From the NCBI GenBank assembly GCA_030141605.1, contig JAQGDQ010001498.1, positions 1 through 37,838 of the forward strand: a DNA stretch of 37,838 bases, given 5' to 3'. This document shows positions 25,096 to 36,876 of the stretch, one piece after another. The DNA is from Tubiluchus corallicola (taxonomy: Eukaryota > Animalia > Priapulida). Within the stretch, counting starts at the first letter, position 1; the number at the start of each line of letters is the position of its first letter. A program made the position numbers and the translations under genes. Under the pieces are notes generated by a model, which was given only the letters and a program-made list of their open reading frames with translations, was not told the origin of the DNA and made no database searches.

Positions 25096-27288
25096 TATAC
25101 CCTGTCTATGGTAGACTATATTAACAGTAACTGGCAGATATGATACGCTTGCGCCACCTACAGGCAAACAAGAAAATTGTTGCATCGACTTTGGTTATAA
25201 CTCGTATTAAAAGATTTTTAGCAATATCTAACCTCACACTGATAGCAAAACAGCCCCGGTACCTCAGCTTGCGCATGCGCATGCCTGACATTACGTCAAA
25301 TATTTCACATATATTAGTCCACCTATCTTTTTATCACTTCACGGTTTTTCCGTTTTTTTGATCATTTTTGTAATTAATTGGATTGCCCCTCAATAGGTGG
25401 AGCAATCTGTAAAGCTCACATTATTATGCCTCCACGGTTTTTGCAGTTATATATAAGCAAAAGTTAAAGTGAGGGATTTCTTATAACCAATGATGAAACA
25501 AAATAAATTGCTTAGGCTGACATACCGGTAAGGTTTATGTTCTGTGGAAAATGAATGAGTTATATTTTGTTATATTTTTATTTTATTCGAACATGTTTTT
25601 TATCAACAGCATTAAAGATGGAGCATGTGTGTGTGCGTGCGTGCGTGCACACGTGCGTGTATAACAGCTTATTATAATATGAAGTTTTTGCTGTTATTAT
25701 AATTATTGCCACTTTGTGGGCAAGGAAATGGGGGGGAGAGCTGGTACCGAATTAAAGTTTGCCCACAATTATTAAGCCTGTTAGCTTTTACAATCAAAGA
25801 ATCAAACAACACAATCATTAACAAGTCACGAGGAATTATATTATAATAACTATACTAGCAGGTACAATCACAGAATCAAATAACATAATTATTATCAATA
25901 CTAAAATACCACTATACTAAAACACTGCGGAAAAATTAGCCTGGCTAAATGTTCAAGGTAGACCTGTCTTACACAGCTTAAATATAGAAAACTAGAACAC
26001 TATTAATGTAGAAGGTCATTCAGAAGCAAATAAGTACAGTAAGATTAGAGGGAAATTTAAGCTATTTCAATGTTATAACAAGCCTAAAAAAGGAGGGAAT
26101 GAGATGAAAACAATCATAAAAGAGAGATGAGCAAGAAGACAAACAAAGTAATATTCACAAGTCAAGTTAATCGAACGCGAAGTAATTATAAGACGAACTT
26201 CGCGACCCCACTACCCCTCAAAACACACATCGCTACTACTATACTAAATAAGAAAAGTTCAGGACAAGGTCATTCTGTTTCACTATACATGAAAAACAGA
26301 CTAATATGAAATAGTTGTATAGGACTAACAAAGGTAGATTTTATACAAAGTGAATAGCCACAAATACATAACTACATTTTTCTGTCACAAATACAAAATA
26401 TTATCATTTGAGCAAGAAAATATTTTATAATTTTGCTAGAACACAGCCTAGAGGAAGATTTTTAATTATAGACATGACGAAAGAGTCAAGGTTTTAATGA
26501 ATTAATAACCCTATGCCCCAAACTTTCTGCTTCATTGTAGAAAATTTATATTTTTAAAGAAAATTGAAAACTCGAACATCGATAATATTCAATTTGTGAA
26601 AGTCATGTTTGAGGTTGTAGTTGAACACTTTGTAGAAAAAGTATAAAACACTGTACTACATATGTGCACAAAACTGAAAAGTGTTTATTAGACTACATAC
26701 ACATATGTAGAATGACTGCTACACTGAACACTGAGAACAAGAGTGTCCTGCACTGATCACTAAGAGTTAGACAGCGACTAGGAAGTAAAATCCAGTCAGT
26801 ATATACAGGAATAGGTGATTATGCAAACTTGGCTTCACAAAAACCATTACTGTAAAATAGGGAGAGATCCAGTGAACATGCGTACAATTATACTGGGGTG
26901 AGTTTAGCTAGTAAAATGTAAAACGATTAGTTCATAGATGGCAGCACCTAAAAAATATACAATTACAATTTCCACACAATTAATGTTGTATCTAACTAAC
27001 GACAGTTATTGTCACCTAATAAGAAAGTATGACTTCTTTTTAAGGTTTTCGTAACACGAATGTTAAAAAGCTAGTTATTAATGCTTTTAGTGTGAGTTTA
27101 CAAAATTATCTGTGAAGAATATGTGAAAACTAGCGACATTTTTATGAACGATCATTGCCATTTCATAAATGTTTCTTTTATACATACCAATTTCTTTCTT
27201 TTTGTGTGTGTTTATACTTGTTCCATATTATAATTATAAAATGTATATGAATATGTGGCTGTATCTGTATGCTATGATACGAAATAAA

Positions 27289-27552
<264 letters not shown>

Positions 27553-28095
27553 AAGGAGAAAAAATACCTTGTCTTTCTACTTTGATATAAACATCTGGGT
27601 TTTATACAAAACTAAATTATTTACATTCGTTTGCAATTTCGTTTCCAGATTACATACATTTGCAATTACGTCATATACAACAATTTGTACATATATTCCT
27701 AGCTGGTTGTGTACAGCTATACTTCAAAATTACAAGAAATGTCTACAGGCTTAACTGAACCTCTACTCTGACAAATAAATAAGCAATATTTTAGTTGTTT
27801 GTTGTCCTATGATGCTATGATACAAATAACTGTAGTATCCTTCATTACTGCACAGTGAAAAGTCCAGCAAAATGCTCCTTATCAGTAAAGCAGTTATCAG
27901 TATTATGGGTTTTTGACGGTGCAACCAACTTATGTCTAAGTTAATGACATTCCTTGTAGAGAGGACATTTAAGCACCAAATCTTATAAGGTCATTCAACT
28001 GCTACTTCTTATCTCCTTCAGGACCACACCATTCAAAGCAGGTCTTATGAGACTTATGACATTTCTGCTGATGTATTAGCACTGACGTTACAATT

Positions 28096-28470
28096 TAGGT
28101 GTTATACCAAAATTGACCTTTATTGCCAACCGGTTTCAAACAAACTGTTCATTTTCAAGGCATCTACAACAAAGAATTACCAGAATTTAGTTTACCTAAT
28201 ATTGACAGTTCTGTTGCTACTGACATATTTGTTTTGTTTGTTTGTGGAGCGTAGCATAGCTTCATAGCAATCAAGATGTGTAATCTGCAAGGCAAATTGC
28301 TAAATTATTTATAGAATGGTTTATCATATATATTTTAGCTATCTAACTACTGAATTGCATTTCGATGTTGTTTCTAAATTCTGGTAAATTTCTGTTTCAG
28401 ATGCCTTGATAACGAACAGTTTATTCGAAACCGGTCGACAATAAATTCAATTTTGGTGTAGTTACATCTA
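28096..28470. mobile_element. ~375-bp MITE/foldback element with ~95-bp inverted arms
   Basis: 28096-28190 is the imperfect reverse complement of 28374-28470 (ccaaaattga..accggtttc..aaactgttc..tcaaggcatct..ttaccagaatttag). Confidence 0.8.
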
Positions 28471-29331
28471 TTTGCCAAATTTGGGTAATTAAAATTAGGT
28501 ATTGTTCTATTCGGGAAAATATTGGCTATCCAATAATGTTATTTGTTTAAACATTTGTGATTTAATTGGATAAAATTAAGAAAAACGTGCCCTTTTCAAA
28601 CACTCGAACTTAGCCTGTTGATTAGCTTAGTCTGGTGTACACTTGCTTGATCGTAAACACTATTTTGTTGATCACCTGCTTGCTGCAGCCTAAGCTGTGC
28701 AGTGTTCTCCTGCTACTCCAGGAAAAGTCAGCTGATTAGCCAAAGAGAAATTAAGGAATTCCTCCTTAAAAATAGAGTAAATTTATGGCCAATGTGCATC
28801 AGAGTGTTGTGTTTAGATAGTTAAAATTTTCTGCAATAGCCAGTTTTGTCGAAGTGATACTAAACACTGTTACAGTGCAAACACTGAAGGTCTTTTCAAT
28901 TTTTTCGTCAAAATCCATTTGTAGATTTGTCTAAGCCAAGGTAAGCAAACGTATTTTTTTCTACATGAAAATGCATTGTGTGAGAATAGAAACCTATAAA
29001 AATTATAAAACATAACGTAATTGCTACTTAATGAGAGCAGTTTTTCATAAATCCGTGCAAATGCAGCAACGGAAGAGTTAATTTGGTTACTCTAATTTGT
29101 TAACAAGCTTACGAAGCTTTCATAGCACTTTGGTGAGATTATGGCGAGTGTGCTCTTGTAAAATTTTAGGTCATTTTACAACAAAACTAAGCTTAAGCAA
29201 AATCCAAAATACACAGTATTTTGCACAAGTAAACAAAAAATAACATTGTTTTGCAAAATTGATTTGTGTAGGGGTGAATACGTACAGCACTAACTACGTA
29301 TTAGTACTAGTACGTCAACAAAGAGCAATTT

Positions 29332-30394
29332 TTAGTTGTTCGGTTTTGCATGCAGTGTCTTTATTCTGTCATAGACATGTGGTTGTACACGAATAGGCTT
29401 GTAATAACCAGAAGTCCTTGTGGAGTGGTTGTTCTCTTCTGTAAAGATGGCAGTTGTTGCATTGTTTCTGTTGCATTTATCATTATGGTTTGCTAGAGTA
29501 TCAATAAGTACGTCATCTGGCAAATCTTGCTCCACACTGTCTTCATCAATTTCAACTTGTGCACCAACATGATCCTGATCAATTGATCGATCATTGTAGG
29601 AGTTTACATTAGGGTGGACTACTCTATTCACCTGTACATCTAACAGACCAGATTCCAGGTGAGCAGCATCAGGTTCAATTGTTGTTATGATGTCAAGATG
29701 AGTCTGGTCAATCGATAGGTCATTGTGAGAGTTTATATTTGGGTTAACATCTACATCAATTGATGTGTCATTGTAGGAGTTTACATGTGGGTTAACATCT
29801 ACATCAATTGATGTGTCATTGTAGGAGTTTACATGTGGGCTAACATCTACATCAATTGATGTGTCATTGTAGGACTTTACATGTGGGTTAACATCTACAT
29901 CAATTGATGTGTCATTGTAGGAGTTTACATGTGGGTTAACATCTACATCAATTGATGTGTCATTGTAGGAGTTTACATGTGGGCTAACATCTACATCAAT
30001 TGATGTGTCATTGTAGGAGTTTACATGTGGGTTAACATCTACATCAATTGATGTGTCATTGTAGGAGTTTACATGTGGGTTAACATCTACATCAATTGAT
30101 AGGTCATTGTAGGTGTTTAGGGTTGGATTAACCTGGCGGTCAGGCTCCAAATAATCATCATCTGCTTCACTTGTTGGTTGAATACCTAGATGACCATGAT
30201 CGATTGACGGGTCGTTTGGCAAGTCAAGTTCCAAATACTCGTCATCAGATTCGGTTGATACTTGGGATGCACGTTGAAAAACCTCTTCCGGATCTTGATA
30301 TGTTTCGTTTAGTTCACTTTCCCTGGTTGAAGCAGAATTGTCAGACATACGTAGATTGGCACTACTTTCAGAGTTTTCAGAATTTCTTCCTTTC
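29332..30394 (-). CDS. Last exon: acidic cytoplasmic tail with Tyr motifs and 16-aa repeats
   Basis: Acceptor ttttgtttttgcag|G completes Arg after the TM exon (KNR-KGR). Motifs ETYQDP, DDEYLEL, DDDYLEP, (N/K)SYNDT x7, GYYKPI and HVYDRI. Confidence 0.85.
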
Positions 30395-33300
30395 CTGCAA
30401 AAACAAAACTTCCAACACATTTTTCACTTTATTTTGCTGTTTCTCAGTATTCCAGTAAGGTGGCGCTGATGTATTCCAACATTTGCTTAGCACTAGGATA
30501 CTCTTTACTTACATGAAGTTAAAAAATTCGTTTTAAAATTTTGTATCACTTAAATGTTGTCTTATTGCTCACAGAATTAGCATTAACAGCAATGCAGTAT
30601 AAAACTTGTAAATTTAAACACCCGCACCGACCGTTACGCTCAGCCATTTTAACCGTAAGCAGTTTTAAACAAGTTTAGGTAACACTGGATAAAGTTTGAA
30701 AGAATAATAAGAGCATTCGTACTATGCGAAAACATAAATTATTATATATTACCAATAAGAATAATAATGCTCTTTTCGTGAATCAGTGGTGCACACTGGG
30801 AATGTGAGTCAATGGCATTATACCAGTTGGAGTAAACATTCTAAATTATTAAAAATTTTGTTTTATAGTTACATAAGCTTTTGAAACAGCAAGCATTATG
30901 CAAAATAGACAAAATAACTTTGTGTGGAGAGTTTTTTTGGGGGGGGGATACTTCAAATTCCCATTATTTCCTTCTAATGTCAAAAAATGGGGTCATCCAG
31001 AAAATGACTTGACAAATGTCCCAAAGTTTGACTGGGGGTTGAACTATCTATTGTTCAGCAAATACGTACCTATTTTTCCATAAGAGAACACACGTGCCGA
31101 TTAGGAGAGTAACCAGAATTGCTGTTATGTTATAAAAGGCAATCAGCAACCAATCTGAAAGAAATATTTGATTGAAACCTCTAGTATTTGTTCGGAACTT
31201 GTCTGAAATACCTGATAGGCTACCTGCATATGCAATCCGAACCATTAAAGGAAGAACCAACCCTCGAACTACATTTAATGCATTTTAATGTACAATTAAA
31301 AGTATTGAAATCACAATACTGAACATGCGCATAGAATGCTTTGCTTAAAAATGTAAAAGACATTTAAATATTTCTTATCTCCCGTCAAACGAACGTCGCT
31401 GCCGCCATATTTGAAAAAAGAACGTAAGCTTGTGTCTGCTGGGCCGCGTGAATGCTGTGAAGGCAAGCTGTGATGAAGGTACGCGTTGAGAAATTTCTAC
31501 AGTTCACTCAGAAATTCAGTTATTCTAATGTTGCGTTTAACTGTGTTTATCTAGAAATTAGTCAATTTTTCAATTATAATTAAATTTAAAGAGGTTTCAT
31601 GGCTTTAATCTACATAATTACACCTTAAAATGTGCAATTAACATTGTGTAAACAATTAATTTACGAATTTTTGTTGACTTTTAGATACGTATGTAAACTA
31701 GCAAACACGTAAGTGCTGGGCTGGTTACCTAGTTTATAGCGTTCACTCTATAAGTTAAAAAAACATTTTGAAGCATAAGTTTTTACATTGCTCAGAAACC
31801 GGATGATGCCATTTTTTGTCTAAAATGAGCGCACCCATGCATAACATAATCACGACTTTAAATTGATTTTACTAATTACAATTGCAACGTGCTGAAACCT
31901 TCTAACATTTTTCCCAAATGTTAAAATAAGCTCAACTTCCTGAAAGAGTTGGCCTTTGCTTTAAATGAGCTAGAGAGTTGAGTTGTCTAACTTACCTGGT
32001 GTTTTGGGGCCGCTTGTTGTTAAATCAGGACAATCCGTGGCGTCTGTTGAAGTCGTATTATCTGTTATTTCAGTAAAATTTGTACTAGATTCTGATGTTC
32101 CGTCAGAAAATGTTATTGCAGAAGCAGTTGATGTCACTTCTGATGTTGCACTTGTTTCACTCGACTGCACTGTTGATGCCAAATCTGCTGTTATCGTCTC
32201 TGTTGTTTCATCAGAAACTGTGATCGTAGAAATAGTTGATATCACGTCTGGAGTAGTTCCACTTGCTAGTGTCATAGTTGTCAACTCTGTTGTGGTTTCA
32301 TCTTTCAACTCAACTTTAATAACGAAAAAATAACTCAACGTCTACACTATGTCAATACAAAGTTTTAGAATTCTAATTCTGTAATATGCCATATAAATCC
32401 TTGATTTTTCAGCACTCAATACTATGACCTGCTTCATGTAGATATAGCAAAACAAGAATTCTGTTACTTATCAAAGTTAATCCTCCAAAATGGGACATCA
32501 AAACAGCGAAGCCATGTTCCTTCTCATCAAGGTGAAACCAGACGTTTGCTAACCAAATTCAGATTAACTAGTTGACAATTTTGCAACAACAGTTATAAAA
32601 TTGGGCCTTAAAAATGAAGAGATGACAGCCTTATTTGTGAAAGTGCCGTATTTGATAAGCTACATGGTACTATTCATAGACACTCGGTGCATTCCTCTTA
32701 CCATAACACAGTACACATTATACTGGCCAATAAAACGTTTACGTGCACTGAAGAATGTCATAGGCGTTCGAGCTTTATCTGTTTGGCATACTTGGCAGAT
32801 CAAATAATAAATATTTCAAGGAAAAACGGCATAAGAAATCGCATTTTCAAAACGTATAGCTATATACTGTGCAGATACATTTCTTGGTAGTTGGCAATTT
32901 GCATAAATTCGATGAGCTGTAAAAGTCGCCATTTGACAATGTTACTTCAGTTGACAAAAGTTGACTTCGGTTTGGAGACTGAAGATATTTCAAATAATAT
33001 AAAAATGTTTGAAGAATATATAATCAATTTGTCTCATTGAGACCTTTTATCTGATGTACTCTAAGCGACCTCGGTTGACTCTTGGATAAATTTGTCTTGT
33101 CGACCCCTATTTTGCCCCTAATAGGGTCACAGGTTAACGATTCACACTGTAACCTATATGATTTGATTCGTCTCATCAAGACCGTTCATTTGTTATGCTA
33201 CATCGTACTATTCGTAGACACTCCATGCATTTCTGCTTCCGGCCCCAATTTTTCAGTTTTTGCCCCCTAGCGGAAAACTTTGCTGTACGTGCATGTCTTC

Positions 33301-34645
33301 CAGTTTTTACATAAAGTTACAAAGTTAAAAACATACAATTCATCGTAACAAAAATAAAAGTTTTTGTGCTTCGGCTGCTGAAAATAAGGGTTTTCGACAC
33401 CTTATTTTAATGAATAAGACCCAGGGTATTACTTGAAGAAATTCTGCCTCACCCTAGTAATGCTTATATATTAAGGCAACAATCATATTGCGGTTTTGTC
33501 TGCTGAACTAATGTATTATAATTTAATATCCTTTAGTGGACATTACTAATTCAAACAAGTACCTTTGTAGTATGCAATAAATCCTCGACCTTTGGTATAA
33601 TCTTTGGTATAATCGGTCTTGCAAGATATTACCGATATTGGGCTTAATTAAATCATGTTCTTACTTATTTTAATTTACCAATATTTTTAATTTTAGCTTT
33701 GTCGTGTGAATACTAACTTGGGGACACCATAAGTCGCATCGGTCTTTATTGCTAATCGCATTATCTGTAAGTAGGCGTTGGCTGTTCCAGCTCAGCAGAC
33801 TGGAATTTTGTCAGATGTGCAAAAATTTGAACTAAATTATATTAAAATTAATAATTAAAATAAGTACCTTTGTAATACGCAATAAATCCTCGACCTTTGG
33901 GGTTGTAATGATCACCTGGTGGGTTTATGATTGCTGTGAATACAATGCTAAATGCACCAAGTTCGTCATCAATTTCGACTCCTTCCATGTCATCTTGACA
34001 ATGTCGTTTTTCACTGCTGCTTATCTGCACGTATGATTCTTCACATAGTGTTCCATCGTTGTTCTTAAGATCAAAATCATAGAAGTCCATTGTCCCCGAT
34101 CCACTGGTGTTGTGGAAGGGGATTGTCCACGAGCAGATGATGCCATCCGGATATGGATCTGGGTAGTTTGGAGTGAGTAGGTAACCTTCTGTGTCTGACA
34201 GAATGATCGTGTCTCCATGTACAGAACACTCATTTATGAAATACTCTGCAATAGAGAATTGGTGGTGGTATAAGATACTGTAAAAATTAGCTGGTGAAAA
34301 AGTCCTTTCACAGTTTCGTTGTGCGCACGCACAGTTGCTGTAGGTCAAAGGTTAAATATACAAAAGCAACACTTCTTAATTACATCCGTCACGTGTTATA
34401 TGTGTAAAGCAAAGCCGTATGCCGCCATCAGTTCAGTAATATCAGTTGTTTTACTTGGAGTTTACTTAATTATGCATCCGTCTACAGCTAAGTTGATCTG
34501 CCAAAAATATAACAATCACAGCTTTTCTATTTGTTTGAGAACTGACATATGCAACTCTTTTGGGAAAAATTGTAGGTGTAAGCTTGAGAGGGTGAGTGTT
34601 ACCTTTAAAGAGCAAAGTAGACAAGTAAACAAGAGATAAGGAGAG

Positions 34646-34728
<83 letters not shown>

Positions 34729-36496
34729 TAGAGAGAGAGAGATAAGGAGAGACTGATTCTGAAATAAAGAATTGATGGTAACTTAGATTTTGCAGAAATT
34801 ACCTTCTGTCATGCCTCTCTGTAGCAGAAATTTTACTTCAGCGAAAGATTTTGCATATAGTGTTCGGTTGCGGTTAATTAACTTTCTAAGCTTATTATTC
34901 AAATATAAGAAACAATTGCTAACTTTTATAGGAAAAAACAGGTATATTTGGGTCAGCAAATTAAAATGAGATTAAGGCTAAACAATTGTCTGGTTTTCCT
35001 TTAAGTTCTGTGTAACATGTAAAAATAGTAGTAACTCGACAATTAACTTTTTAGTCGAAGTTACGTTATAACTATGACGTAAAATCAAATAATGCCGTTA
35101 TAATTGTGACATAAAATCAAATAATGACGTTATAATTATGACGTAAACTCGAATAATGACGTTATAATTATGACCTGAACTCAAACAATGGGTTTCAGCT
35201 TGTATAACCTTTTTATAGAAAATAGTTACCCTGAAAGATGTATTTAGAAATTTACATTATAATCTCGTAAGACTGTGAAAGGAACCGATTTAACTACTAG
35301 GCACCTAGCGACAATGGCAACTGCGCCTGCGCACCACGAAACTGTGAAAATGCTTATTGGTTTGTGTGTTAGTATTTTCAAGCAGATAAAATTACTGACA
35401 ATGCTCTGCTACTGATTTTTCTTAAATCCTACAAAGATGGAAACACCTGTTGTGCATGTGAACTTGATGTAGACAAACTTCATTACGTCTCGCCATTCCT
35501 TGTCGTACAAACACGTCCTGTCTGCCCACATATTGTCTATGTCTGTAGTTGTTGACACACTGCACATGTATTTATCATTAGGTGACGTATCATGACACGC
35601 TTTTATAAGAGGACCAGTAAATTCCACCATGCATTCCGTTCCATCCTGTGACACGATGTTGCATTCATTGTCAGCCAAAGCATTTGCTTCATTAGGCTTG
35701 CCAAACATGGCTTCTTCAATAATGAGCACGAAACCCACCGGGCAAGAAAAACTGAGCGTGTGACCAGAGAAAAAATTTGTGACGTTGCACAGGTAAAATG
35801 GTTCAGGTACTGAAATGAGAAACGAAAGTTGCATCACTGATTAGGCGGAATTCTTCAGCAACGTTATACTTACTAAACAATTTTAAAGCAAAACCACACC
35901 TAATATTAAACTGCAGGTCAAAACAATCTACTCTTTAAAATATTGAAAGGAAACCTACTATTTTTTTCAAAATGACTTACATGGAAGAATCATTACCATA
36001 GAAAGACAATTTCGCATTCGTGCCACTAGTTCTTCGCTGTTACATGCATTTCGCAATTCACTAATTAGATGGGCACTGTACAGTAGCGGTAGCACTGTAG
36101 ATAATGTAGCGGTAAATATGAAATTTGAATTTTTATCTTGAAACTTACCTAGTTTTAGTACAACACACTGAATATCTTACAGTAACACTGCACTTCAATT
36201 TTCACTTTTGTGAAGACGTGCAAAATGTTCGGGGAGTGTTTTTGTTGTTACAAAATATGTTAGTTTGTGATGTCATCAAAAGTTGAGCTCGCCCGCCGTT
36301 AATTAACTTTTTTTAATCTATAATTTCATTATCAGAAACGCTTTTGCAATATTAATTGTGCTAAAATATTTGCTTTTTATGGGACCTAAAAATGGGATGG
36401 TATAGGAAAAATCCTCCTGTCTTCCTTTAAATATTAACTTGCAACGTGTAAGCATACGAGGACCACTGCAGAATACTGTGGTCAGCAGCTTCAAAG
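29332..36496 (-). CDS. Type I membrane receptor (SUEL-like lectin - CUB - Ser/Thr stalk - TM - Tyr-repeat tail), 5'-partial: complement(join(29332..30394,31070..31154,31996..32313,33868..34245,35447..35809,36458..36496)), ~750 aa
   Basis: All junctions are GT-AG and phase-compatible (1-1-1-1-2). The upstream exons are 39, 363, 378 and 318 nt, all multiples of 3, and the frame stays open throughout. The start-codon exon was not found. Confidence 0.85.
29708..30132 (-). repeat. 48-bp coding tandem repeat, ~9 units (VNPHVNSYNDTSIDVD)
   Basis: Units start at 29741, 29789, 29837, 29885, 29933, 29981, 30029 and 30077 on the + strand, with degenerate flanking units. Confidence 0.97.
31070..31154 (-). 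CDS. Transmembrane exon (DWLLIAFYNITAILVTLLIGTCVLLWKNR)
   Basis: tttctttcag| and AG|gtacgt; a hydrophobic helix followed by basic residues. Confidence 0.85.
31245..31964. mobile_element. TTAA-flanked non-autonomous element (Kolobok-like) filling the stalk-TM intron
   Basis: TTAA-AGGAAGAACCAAC ... GTTGGCCTTTGCT-TTAA imperfect TIRs. Confidence 0.65.
31996..32313 (-). CDS. Mucin-like Ser/Thr-rich stalk exon
   Basis: 106 codons dominated by T/S/E/D; ttattaaag| and CCAG|gtaagt. Confidence 0.85.
33557..33595 (-). other. Short duplicate of the 3' end of the CUB exon, including its splice donor
   Basis: aagtacctttgtagtatgcaataaatcctcgacctttgg versus 33862-33900 aagtacctttgtaatacgcaataaatcctcgacctttgg (2 mismatches). 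Confidence 0.85.
33868..34245 (-). CDS. CUB domain exon
   Basis: C..G....EGYLLTPNYPDPYP....CSWTI...F.DFDL...C..SYVQI...C...IVF...RGFIAYY. Confidence 0.9.
34645..34743. repeat. (CA)/(GA)n microsatellite
   Basis: Direct reading. Confidence 0.95.
34858..35004. mobile_element. Right end of a TTAA-terminated dispersed repeat shared with lectin intron 2 (12509-12653 and ~22868-23012)
   Basis: gtgttcggttgc..taattaactttctaagct.attattcaaatataaga.acaattgctaacttttatagg...ctggtYttcctttaa occurs at all three places; the terminus is more diverged in the copy at ~23012. Confidence 0.75.
35063..35190. repeat. 32-bp tandem repeat, ~4 copies
   Basis: Unit acgttataattatgacgtaaaatcaaataatg. Confidence 0.88.
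35447..35809 (-). CDS. SUEL / galactose-rhamnose-binding lectin-like domain exon (divergent)
   Basis: C...TLSFSCPVGFVLIIEEAMFG...C...C...C...CSV...C...KFVYIKFTC: eight Cys and terminal motifs resembling the SUEL pattern L.CP.G..I.I..A.YG ... KYL.V.Y.C. Confidence 0.75.
35883..36430. mobile_element. TTAA-flanked non-autonomous element (Kolobok-like), same family as 20213-20811
   Basis: TTAA-AGCAAAACCACAC...CCTGTCTTCCT-TTAA with colinear internal similarity. Confidence 0.7.
36458..36496 (-). CDS. 39-nt exon probably encoding the end of the signal peptide (xLKLLTTVFCSGP)
   Basis: Strong polypyrimidine acceptor ttcctttcttttctcatttgtttccaaag| and donor C|gtatgc; phase 1-1 and in frame with the SUEL exon. 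Confidence 0.55.
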
Positions 36497-36876
36497 CTTT
36501 GGAAACAAATGAGAAAAGAAAGGAATTTTGTAAGCATCAACGAATCTTTGCCAACATTAGGTGATCATTTTTCTTTACTGAAGTAGAGAAATGCAGTGCA
36601 TGGAGCTGGGGGGGGGGGGGGTACATGGGTACGTACATTCCACCAAATACAATAGGTACATTCCACCAAACCTTATGTTAGTTGTTTATTCCTTTGGAAA
36701 CAGACAGATCTGAGAATTGTGAAAAATGTCATTGCATGGGGCCAGCAGGATATTTTGTGAGGCAAAAAGAGGAAGGGCGATATATACGTTATATACATTA
36801 TATACATTAATTTATATCCATTAAACACACAATATTTGCAAAACTTTGTGTTTGATGATGATTCTATTAATAACGA

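Larger units (their letters stand above)
19851..25100 (+). repeat. Segmental duplication copy B (paired with 10307-14620)
   Basis: Same alignment as for copy A. Confidence 0.95.

Noticed and set aside
29741-30110. NPxY, ITAM or ITIM labels for the tail repeats
   Set aside because: The spacing is NPHVNSY and YNDT lacks the +3 Leu/Ile, so the consensus motifs are not met.
31983-32333. Val/Ser-rich + strand ORF
   Set aside because: Antisense shadow of the Thr-rich stalk exon.
34803-34825. Minus-strand micro-exon candidate between the SUEL and CUB exons
   Set aside because: The likely lengths (14 or 16 nt) would break the frame, and direct SUEL-CUB splicing is already in phase.
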